Of a stretch of 64,000 bases of DNA, positions 53,350-64,000 are shown piece by piece. Location of the stretch: positions 353,028,001 through 353,092,000 of the forward strand of contig OZ024743.1 in assembly GCA_964016885.1 (NCBI GenBank). The letters run 5' to 3'. Both the position numbers and the translations under genes were made by a program. Position 1 is the first letter of the stretch. Each line of letters opens with the position of its first letter. The notes below the pieces were generated by a model, which was not told the DNA's origin, made no database searches, and was given only the letters and a program-made list of their open reading frames with translations. The DNA comes from Eledone cirrhosa. Its lineage: Eukaryota.

Positions 53350-54368
53350 TGTAGCGAAATCTGTCCACACCTTGACCCCTGGGTGACATTTAACGGTAAT
53401 TTTCTGGGTTTTTGGGCGTAAACAAGTGGATGACTAGGAGACAGAGGAAGCGACAGATATAAATAGCCTGTCTTAGATCAAGCGAAAAGCATTACGAAGC
53501 AGTTCTTGATAAAGAAAACATGTAAAACATTTGCATTCTACAGACCCCTTTGGGCTCTTACAGACTCTTACTTTCTCTTACTCTCCCTCTCTTTCACTCA
53601 ATCTCTATCTCTTAACCAAGCCAGTGAAGTTCATGAAGTTTTCTTGGTAAATACATATAACGGAATACTCTTATGTTTTACCGGCGAAGATTCTAAACCG
53701 AATCTGAGCTTCCTCGCCTCTGGGACAATCTATCGTTGGAAGTCTCTCCCCCCCCCCCCCCCATTGTCTTGTCAAATCAACGATGATAAACGTACATTCT
53801 ACTTGACCTGTGACTCCAACTTCTTGGGAGACAATATCCACATGGCTGATCATAAATCAACCTCATATATACATCCTTCTAACTTTAGCACCAATTATAA
53901 ATACAAGGAGTTAAGGAACCCAACAGACAGGCTCGAAGCAGCAGTCAGCAAGTGATAACGATGTAGGCATCAGTAGACCTTTCACTCTATCTCTGTCCTG
54001 GCTCTTACTGGCTTCCACCTTATCGACCACAGACAAACAGCCATGCCTACCTGACAGATTGACCACTACGACTACGACAATAATATCTTCTAAGAATAGG
54101 CATACACACACACATAGTAAGTTCATATTGTTTACAGTTTACACTCACCCTATTCTTCCTGTCATATTGTATCTGTAAGATACAACACATGCATTTACGC
54201 TAGCTCGTAGCAGCTAGCAATTTAATGTACGGATTCATGTCATAAATAGTATTACTCGATGTTCACAGTGAATATTGTTATTAATAAATAAACGTTGTTG
54301 ACAACTCAGTCATGGCATTATTTTTTTCATCAAAACACCCATCAAAAGAATTCAACGTATCCGCTACA
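53350..54368 (+). repeat. Putative solo LTR-like repeat
   Basis: TGTAGCG...CGCTACA termini, TATAAAT near 53458, AATAAA near the 3' end. Homologous to 6657-7138 and 8385-9132. No clear TSD. Confidence 0.5.
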
Positions 54369-54993
54369 TACAATTTAATTCTATTTTTACAAACAAACAA
54401 TGTTCATAATGCTAGTGTATTTTTAGTATAACTCCGGCGTTAGTTATTTTCAATAAATTAATAATATAGCGGTTTGTCGTCGTGGTTCATTTATAGATAT
54501 TCATTTTCTGTGTGATCAAGGAACTATCATATCTTATTGAACACTTACTCACTTAACTGGACACATGCAACCCCTGGCCACACTGTAGCACACAACAGTG
54601 ACCACAACAGTGAGCACGCACGCAACAAACGAATCAACACCACAATAAAATCAACTCGCCACCTCGACCAAACAAATAATCGTTCTGGTCTACGTCGTGA
54701 ACTGAACAGAACTGCTTCTCTAGACAACAACAGAGAACATACTATTTATGAAGATTCTGTTATCGTTAACAATAAGCAGATGACCATTAGAAAACTGTAC
54801 TCTTCTGGAAAGTTTGACGACACGAGTCCCTAAAACAAAAGAATTAAAATGCGCCGTGTACAATACGAGGGAAATCGATTATCTATGAGGCCACAGGTCA
54901 GCGGAAGTGGTTGCATGATTTACTTTGCCAACCCGGGTGGGGTCTGGAATAATAAATCAAATCTTTCTGCTTAGATTCGCTATATATGCATAT

Positions 54994-57737
54994 TAGGGTG
55001 TTCCAGAATCCCACATTTTACACAAAAGTGTTTTTTTTCTTGGCTCCCTATGCATTTTCTCATGCCATTTTGTATATTATCAATTTATAATGTAATTTTG
55101 ATTATTTCAGACTAATTTAAGTCTTGCCTAATAGTTTCAAATTGGCAGAATAATGGCGGAAACCAGTGGGCCTAGTTGTAGCTACTCGCTCCGTTGTGAT
55201 GATCGAGAAATATGGCTCCTGGGGCAATATGCTACATCCTTTTCACCAAACAAAATACCAACAAAGGGGGATGTTCTAAGATATTTCTTCTACCTGAAAG
55301 ATGGTCCTATGAAACACAAAAAGCATGTGAGTTTCAATGATGCTATTGTGATGGAAGTAGTTAGTCAGTGGGAAAAAGCTGGTGTAGCGACTCAACGAAA
55401 AGACAAAGTGAAACTGAAAATTATGAACATGTACAGTGAATACAGAAATTTACAAAAAAACAAAGGTTCTAAGTCAAACAAAGAAAAGGAAGCACTATTT
55501 ATTTCTGAATTGGATTCGTATTTCTACATTGCTCATACTGATGCTGAAAAGAACATTTTGAAAGACCGTCTTCGTAATAATGAACAGAAAATGGAAGATG
55601 CTACATTTCTTGAAGCCCTGCGTTGCTATAAAAAAGTATCTCTGGGTGCTGAAGACAAGGGTTACCAGAAAAAGGTATCTTCAAAGTTTAAGCGTGATCA
55701 GGTTTCTGTGGCTCGTCGAGAGTCAGAGAACCATAGAAAGCGTTTGTCAGGATCTGTAGCGGCACAACTTCCACGTAATGAACTGAGTGATTCAAGTTCA
55801 ACCAATGATGAAACTGAAGATGAACAGGATCCTGAATTTCAGGCCTCAAACCCACCCAGAGACAGCTGAAAGTCAGACAAGAAACGAAATATCCAGCTGG
55901 AACTCCCAAGAATCCATTTCAAAGTCCAAAAATTTCTCTAATGGCTGATCGTTTAAACCTGACACTGGGCCAGAGAACAGTATATATGGCACCGATTATT
56001 TCTGAAGGTGGGACTGACATAGACGCCACAACTCTCTCCAAGAATAGTAGCAGACGTGCAGTTAAGAATATCAGAACTGTGGGGGCTGAACACATAAAGG
56101 AACAATTTGCTGTACCAGATTGTGTTACCTTGCATTGGGATAGCAAAATAATTCCTTGTGACCACGAGAGGCGAGGTGTGCTAGTTGTTGGAACTCCGGA
56201 CTTCAGAGAAGGTAAACTCCTCGGTGTTCCCATAATTCCTGATGGCACTGGAACAATCCAAGCCAAAGCATCATTTGATCTTGTTAAAGATTGGAATGTT
56301 GATGGGTCTGTGGTGGGCTTGGTCTTCGACACAACTGCTTCGAATTCTTGATGGAAAAATGGTGCCTGCGTGAAACTAGAAGCGATGCTCAACAAAAAGG
56401 TGTTTTATTTTGCTTGTCGGTACCATTTCATGGAGCGTATCTTGTGTGCAGTGTGGCAACAACTATTCGGAGCAATGTCCAGTCCAGACATCCCTGAGTT
56501 CAAAGAGTTAAAAAAAGATTGGGTGTCACGGACAAGACCAACTTTAAAATATTGAACATTGTCGACCGGAGACTCAAGAATCTGTGTTCTGAGAACATCA
56601 AGTTCCTCCAAGAGTTGCTGACATCCGACGATGGGAAAATGAGTTCTCTTCCACAGGACGACTACCGAGAATGTGCCGAGTTGATGTTGATCTTGCTGGG
56701 TGTCACCCCTCCTCGTGGATTTCATTGGATGCTGCCTGGTGTACATCATAACGCTCGGTCGATGTCCACAATCATCTATAGTGCAAAGATGTATGCATTT
56801 GGTGAGCGACTAAATTACGATCAAGCTAAAATGGAAAAGTTGCGCCGGACCTGTATGTTCAATGCTCTGTTCTACGTGCGATACTGGCTGACAGCAGTCA
56901 AGTGTGCTGATGCACCATCCAATGACCTTCAATTCTACGTGGGGTTGACCCAGTACAGTAATATTGACAGAGATCTCTCGCAGGCAGCCACTACTGCTCT
57001 GAGCAGGCATCTATGGTACCTGACGGAGGAAGCCATTCCGCTAGCGCTGTTTTCAAGTCGGGTCCAAGAGTCCGAGAAGAAACAAATAGCCTAACGTCTT
57101 GTCAAAACGAAAACGTCTGGGCCTCTCGATCGTGGTGCTCCAGTATTTCCCGAGTTGAAGTCGTCCACGAAGCTGCCTCATCTAGTTGGGAAGAAATCTC
57201 CTTGGTCTCGACGATACTTGGCTTGAGCTGTCACCTGCAACTTGGTCATCACAAGCGTCATATCAAAATGCCTGTGCTGTTGTTCACAATATCAAGGTAG
57301 TCAACGATCTGGCGGAGAGAGCAGTCAAGTTGATAACTGATTTTGTTGCCATCACCAAGAATGAGGAGGAGAAGCAGTGTGTTCTTCAAGTAGTCGAAGC
57401 TCATCGTCGCAAGGTCCCGGATTTCAAAAAAGAAACTCTGAAAACAAATATGATTGGAGTTAACTTAACTGAAATTGTTTCTTCCTTGTACGCCTTTATA
57501 TTTAAAGCTGGTTTACTAAATATAATGGATTAATAAAATAAACAATTATTGTATGGTCATATTTGATTTCACATTTTCAACATAATCACACTTTCCACTA
57601 TAATCACCATGATATAGGCAAGACTCAAAATAATTTATTTTATACAAAATGTTTTATTTTACCAATTGGGGCATTTATAATGGGAAAATACATAGGGAGC
57701 GTTAGTATTGTGACCTTGCTTTTTATGGCACACTCTA
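54994..57737 (+). mobile_element. hAT (hATm-like) DNA transposon, full length, inactive
   Basis: TIR TAGGGTGTTCCA / TGGCACACTCTA; 8-bp TSD ATGCATAT / TTGCATAT (7/8 match). Confidence 0.88.
55153..57480 (+). pseudogene. hATm-type transposase with stops and frameshifts
   Basis: LHWDSK, VFDTTASN, ACRYH, HHNAR, RHLWYL, VVNDLAERAVKL, spread over five ORF pieces. Confidence 0.88.
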
Positions 57738-57781
57738 TTGCATATATATATATATATATATGTATATATGTGTGTATGTGT

Positions 57782-57883
<102 letters not shown>

Positions 57884-58184
57884 GTGTGTGTGTGTGAGAG
57901 GGATGTGTGTAAACGAACGTATGTTTAGAAAGGATGAAGCTTCAAGTAATTTTTTGAAGACCTTGCTTCTAATTTCCTGCTCTTCTTCTTCTTCTTCTTC
58001 TTCTTCTTCTTCTTCTTCTTCTTCTTCTTCTTCTTCTTCGCTCTCTTATTTCCGGGAGGGTTGTGGAGTAAGAGTCCTCAAACGGTTCCTATCAGAAATA
58101 TATATATATGTAAATATTGTCGAACATCGGATGCGAATCTGCTACTTGCAGTTGCAACTTTGATTATACTCATTACTATTATAT

Positions 58185-58378
58185 ATCTATCTATCTATCT
58201 AAGGCGGGTAAAATTCCCGAGATCCATGGACGAGTTCTCTCCAGCGGTCTCTGTCCCTCATTATCGCTGCCATATCCTGCATCTCCAACAGACCAGTGTC
58301 TGTCCTTAGGGCATCAACATATGTTAACCTTGGTCTTCCTCTTCTAATGTGTCCATGTAGGGGCTCCCAAAGGAGCAT
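58185..58378 (-). mobile_element. RTE/RTEX-clade LINE 3' end
   Basis: Minus strand encodes LLWEPLHGHIRRGRPRLTYVDALRTDTG..MRDRDRWR, then a stop and an (AGAT)n tail. Confidence 0.75.
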
Positions 58379-58454
58379 ATATATATATTTGTGTGTGTGT
58401 GTGTGTGTGTTTGGGTGTGTGTGTGTGTGTGTGTGTGTATTTATATATATATAT

Positions 58455-61400
58455 AAGCAAAGAGATATTTAATTTGCTGGTAATTCAACAAATTTATTTA
58501 TAACAGATTCGAAGCACTCGACAAGTTTCCTGGAGTATAATATCAATGATATTAATAAATGGAAACTATATTTATAAAACCATATTTATTTTGTTATATA
58601 TATTTCAAGAGTACCAAAATACTTTGGTACGCTCTCATCAGATGAAATACAAAATTTGTTTTATAAATAGTGACATACCCGATAAACCAGACCTTATCGG
58701 TTCAGGTTCCGTTTGGATAGTGAAAGAAAAAGAGAAAATTTTCAAATCATTAGGATGGATATGCAAATGAAGTAGAAGCGTAGACTGAAAAATAATTATT
58801 AGGATACTGTATAAAAGAAGAAGATGAAGAAGAAGGAAGATAGGCTAATATTAGTATTAGGGTGCAAGTAGATTTAAAAATTAAAAATATGTTGAAGTGG
58901 TAGAATACTAATCCAAAAATTTTAAAATATGTAACCAAATCATGAGTTATAATATTATATAGATTATATATATAATGTATATAATTAAGAGGAATTAAGG
59001 TTGCAAGTACACTTTAGCTTATTATAATACAACCGGTCAATTATATACATATTTATATAAATAGATAAAAATATAAATATTATTGGTGATTATACATGCT
59101 GTTATTAATTCAAATATAATTTAAGAGTCACGAACGATACCGTGTTTACATTTTCAATATATAGTTAAGAAAAAGACGTAGTTCGAATTTTATTATAGAA
59201 GAATTTTTTGTACCTTCAAATAGTTCAATCAAGATAGAAAACATTTGCGGAAAATGATTAAGTTAACGAAAATTATAGAGACTTTAGTATTTATGTTGTT
59301 AAGAAGAGAGGATGCTTTATGCGTGCTAGATTATAAATGAAAAGGAAAAATAAAAAATAAAAAAGAAAAGGAAAAGATAACTCCAATGATTATTACGTTA
59401 GATTTGCCATTTATTTTAGAATTTACTTAAAATGTATGTGCAGAAAATTTTATATATTATTTTATATATGATTATAAGGTATTTTATATTACATGTTTTC
59501 AAAGATGATAATTTCTTTTATATATGTATTTAGATATTATCTATATAGTCAATTAGGAAGAAAATGTTATTAGAGATCTAGATATTTAGAAAACTATCAC
59601 GAAAAAGGATACATTTTAAAAATATCAATTAAAAAACCTAAGAAGAATATCAATCGGAAAAGAATATCATTTGTAAAAATAATTTGTAAAAAGAAAAATA
59701 TCATTTAAAATCACAACTAAACATCGACAGAAAAATAGTGAAGACATATAGAATGTGAATAAGTGAATTATATACTATAGATTATAAATACTTCGGAAAG
59801 TCATTTTTTGGAGAGCCTGCAGGAACTGAATATTTCTTTTTTTAGGTTGATAGAGTTTTGGCAGGTAAGTATATAGATTGGTTTGCAGACATTAAATTAA
59901 AACATAAGAAAAAATTTATTCAAATGGATATTGAAAATTACTACTCCTCAATTACCTCTAGCTTACTTAATAAGGCACTTATTTACGCTTCTAAATATAC
60001 AGACCTATCTAGTGATGAAATAAATATCATTCTAACAGCACGTAAAACCCTAATCGAATTTAATAACCTTCTCCAGAATAATAATAAAACTGTTAACTTC
60101 TTAGATGTAACTTTAAACGTTAGCCCAGGTCTATACTATCCTTTCCATAAAATTAATGAAAACCTAAATTACGTAAGCTTCAATTCTAACCATCCTAGTA
60201 ATATAAAAAATACTATTGTCAATAGTATCCAGCAACGAATTTCACGCATTTCAGCTAATAAAAATATGTTTGATAATAAGGCAGAATATTACAATGATGC
60301 TTTGCATAGAGGTGGCTACATGAATGAAATTAAATACTTAGATAACAATAACATGCAAAATCTTCCTAAAATTCAATATAATAATAGTAATAAACAATTT
60401 AACTTAAATAGTAAACCAAACAAAAGAACTAGAACTAGAAATATTATTTAGTACTCTCCCTCATTCTCATTAGGGGTTAAAACACCTGTAGCAAAACTAT
60501 TTTTCAAAGCATTAGATAAATATTTTCCTAAATTTCATAGATATCACTCTATTTTTAACAGACATACTATTAAACTATCTTACTCTACTACCATGAACAT
60601 AGCACAAAATATAAATAGAATTAATAATAGAAACTTAAATTTAAATCTAAACCGATTAAACCAAGATAACAATATTAATATTACTAACAACACTATTAAT
60701 ACTAATAATAATAGTACCATTCCTAGTAATATTAACTCTCGTAAATGTAACTGTAGAAATGAATCAAATTGCCCTTTACAGAATAATTGCCTAGATAGTA
60801 TACAAATGCACAGTTAAAAGTAGACATAAAATATATAAGTATATAGGAGCCACTTCTACAAAATTTAAAGAACGCTGATATAATCATAAACATACATTTA
60901 ATAGATCCGATAGATAAAAAAATTTCTACATCACTTTCACATCTAATTTGGAACTTAAAAGACAATAATATTGATTATTCAATCTCTTGGGGAACGATTT
61001 CGAAAGCACCCGCATACCGAAATATGGCTCTCTCAAGAATCTGTCATTTGTGTATTGAAGAAATTTTTTATATACTTACCTGCCAAATCTCTATCAACCT
61101 AAAAAAAGAAATATTCAGTTCCTGCAGGCATCGCCAAAAAATGACTTTATGAAGTATTTATAATCTATAGTATATAATTCAATTCTTCTGTCAATGTTTA
61201 GTTGTGATTTTAAATGATATTTTTCTTTTTACAAATTATTTTTACAAATGATATTCTTTTCCGATTGATATTCTTCTTAGAATTTTTAATTGATATTTTT
61301 TATATTTTTTAATTGATATTTTGAAATGTATCCTTTTTCGTGATAGTTTTCTAAATACACTCATGAGGTCTCTAATAATATTTTCTTCCTAATTGACTAT

Positions 61401-62214
61401 ATAGATAATATCTAAATACATATATAAAAGAAATTCTCATCTTTGAAAACATGTAATATAAAATACCTTATAATCATACATAAAATAATATATAAAATTT
61501 TCTGCACATACATTTTAAGTAAATTCTAAAATAAATGACAAATCTAACGTAATAAACATTGGAATTATCTTTTCCTTTTCTTTTTTATTTTTTATTTTTC
61601 CTTTTCCTTTATAATCTAGCACGCATAAAGCATCCTCTCTTCTTAACAACATAAATACTAAAGTCTCTATAATTTTCGTTAACTTAATCATTTTCCGCAA
61701 ATATTTTCTATCTTGATTGAACTATTTGAAGGTACAAAAAGTTCTTCTATTCGAACTACGTCTTTTTCTTAACTATATATACATTATATATATAATCTAT
61801 ATAATATTATAACTCATGATTTGGTTACATATTTAAAAAATTTTGGATTAGTATTCTACCACTTCAACACATTTTTAATTTTTAAATCTACTTGCACCCT
61901 AATACTAATATTAGCCTATCTTCCTTCTTCTTCATCTTCTTCTTTTATACAGTATCCTAATAATTATTTTTCAGTCTACGCTTCTACTTCATTTGCATAT
62001 CCATCCTAATGATTTGAAAATTTTCTCTTTTTCTTTCACTATCCAAACGGAACCTGAACCGATAAGGTCTGGTTTATCGGGTATGTCACTATTTATAAAA
62101 CAAATTTTGTATTTCATCTGATGAGAGCGTACCAAAGTATTTTGGTACTCTTGAAATATATATAACAAAATAAATATGGTTTTATAAATATAGTTTCCAT
62201 TTATTAATATCATT
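58455..62214 (+). mobile_element. PLE with ~1.2-1.3-kb inverted repeat
   Basis: 58545-59876 is inverted to 61071-62214. RT and endonuclease remnants lie between the arms. HHR-like CTGATGA..GAAAT at 62118-62160, mirrored at ~58600-58642. Confidence 0.85.
59876..61165 (+). pseudogene. PLE RT-GIY-YIG polyprotein remnant (internal deletion, stops)
   Basis: FIQMDIENYY, VNFLDVTLN, SNHP, CNCRNESNCPLQNNCL, YIG, CHLC. The RT core between the DIEN and NFLD motifs is deleted. Confidence 0.85.
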
Positions 62215-62539
62215 TATATATATATATATATATTGATCACTTCTCTATCTTGACAAATGAACTGACTATGCTTTGCCGAGAAGACTTAACAAGATCGTGA
62301 TATATTTGTTGACTTCATCAGTTGTCTTAAAGACATGATCCACCCCTCTACTGCTCCTCAGCTTTATTTTTTTTTTAATGTTTAACAATTTATATGAATG
62401 AAATTGTTTCCCTTGCTTGATGTTATTTAGATTTTAAATACACACAGAGGGAGTTTGTTTACTAGTTGTATGGTTAATCTCAGTTAATCGAATTTTTATC
62501 AACTCACTATATTACATATGCCAAACCCTACATCGACAG

Positions 62540-62716
62540 TCGATCGACTTTCGTCAAATCGGACCGAGGAAACAATGTTTCCGTTGGTCTTTCCAATTGC
62601 TAATACTATCTATCGGTCGCAACTCATGGATATAACGCATCGCCCGGTCCAGGAATCGAATTCACAACCTCATGATTGCGTATCCAAGTCTCTAACCACT
62701 CGGCCACAAGCCTTCA
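62540..62716 (-). mobile_element. tRNA-derived SINE
   Basis: Reverse complement has the A box GTGGCCGAGTGGTTAG and B box GAATTCGATTCC; matches 38236-38412. Confidence 0.75.
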
Positions 62717-62829
62717 CAAACCCTACATATGTATATCTAATATACTGAACGCTCATTAGGATTATTTTCCCTTCAACGCTCTTGTTGATACCTACTTGGT
62801 CTGCCTGTTTGAGCTAGACTGACCGGGAT

Positions 62830-63480
62830 TACTCATTAACCACTACCACTATCACCTTCGAAACTAATGCCATCACTTGTACCTTTACCTCTATTAGGCA
62901 TACCATTAATCTCTTTTTGCTAACACAGTTATTACTACCACTACCTAATATCACAATCAACGCTACTTTTACAATTGACATCACCACTACTACAAACATT
63001 ACCGCCACTAATACCACCATTACCCGCAATATGTCACTTCAACGACAAACAATACCACCACTAACACTCCCAACACACACACCATCACCACCAACACATA
63101 GACGTTTTTTGTTTTTTTTTGCATGTTGACAGCTCCGTCAACATGTGTTGCAGCCAATTATGTAAGTATAACCTTGACCATTGACCTCTTGTCGACGTAT
63201 TTAGTATAGACGATGGTGCAATGTGTGAGAATAGGGCTTCAACTAGACGTCGAGATAGAGAACAATGATAACCAACGGGGAAGACGACGGCGACGATGGT
63301 TATATGATGACAATCATAGTGGTGACGATGGCGGTGGTAATGATGATAATCATTATGATAATGATGACGACGACGACGACGACGACGACTAACAAACACG
63401 ACCATGATTATTATGATGACTAGAATGACGATAATGATGATGATTGTTTTGAAAGGAGAGAAGGAAGAAGAGGATGGAGT
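62830..63480. repeat. Low-complexity (ACC/ACT)n and (GAT/GAC)n tracts
   Basis: Degenerate trinucleotide repeats; a similar tract lies at 48490-48800. Confidence 0.7.
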
Positions 63481-64000
63481 TGAAGATACTGCTGGGTCTG
63501 AAAGATCCGAAAGGAGGAAATGATCTCGGTGGAATTTGAACTGAGAGCACAGAGTGTCAGAACAAATACCACGAGTCATTTCACACGAGGCTCCAACTAC
63601 TGTCACATTACCACATTAATATCGAGATAATATTTCATTATAATATTAATATTTGTATAACTTTTAGATTTTATTTATTTATTCATTTATTTAATACATT
63701 TTTAAAAAAATTCATAATTGTTGTTTAGTAGAGCTACCGATCCCTTTGTAATCCATTTTGTGTTGTAAAGTTTTCGGACAATGTCTTCGTTCTGAGAATA
63801 ACACAATGTGCTGCTTCCTATTGCAGAAACCGATGTGTCACTGTTTCTATAACTGCCACCCACCCCACGCAACCTCTCACCAATCTTGGAACTCTTGAAC
63901 ATGACTATGAGCTCTAAAAAAATGTGAGTAGCAATGATAAAGGGAACAAAAAACAAAAACGTGTGTTCAACTGATATGTGTAAGCACGTACTCGTTCTGT

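Noticed and set aside
55867-56351. In-frame TGA codons in the hAT transposase as selenocysteine or readthrough
   Set aside because: The copy also has TAA stops and frameshifts, and TGA at 56349 replaces a probable Gly codon. This is ordinary decay.
58546-62213. Identical 74-aa ORFs on opposite strands (58546+, 61989-) and similar pairs at 2825/5689, 37528/38059, 38689/39134 and 51014/51438
   Set aside because: They are by-products of inverted repeats in non-coding pLTR or foldback arms and have no protein motifs.
63702-63956. Host exon on the minus strand (acceptor-like CTCACATTTTTTTAG at ~63915)
   Set aside because: There is no recognisable protein similarity or partner exon in the window, so it cannot be supported without RNA data.

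Overview
This is AT-rich, microsatellite-dense eukaryotic DNA with no convincing host gene. The tRNA-derived SINE family resembles octopus SINEs, so a cephalopod origin is inferred from recall, not from a database search. The window is almost entirely a nest of transposable elements. It holds many Penelope-like element (PLE) pieces inserted in (TA)n, a Dong/R4-type RT-RLE LINE in (TACA)n, and Tx1/L1-type LINEs in (TTA)n. It also holds a near-complete but frameshifted Helitron plus non-autonomous Helitrons, a decayed hATm transposon with TIRs and an 8-bp TSD, a mariner-type MITE, short MITEs, SINEs, and RNase H-LINE and RTE/RTEX fragments. The most interesting signal is non-coding. More than 15 hammerhead-ribozyme (HHR) motifs sit in PLE terminal repeats, several with the compensatory U3-A8 core. 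The PLE insertions share a foldback-plus-tail architecture, and tails of otherwise dissimilar families share an ACTC-N11-17-GAGTRCT stem-loop. Local duplications give empty-site versus filled-site comparisons. Coordinates were read by eye and boundaries inside microsatellites are approximate.
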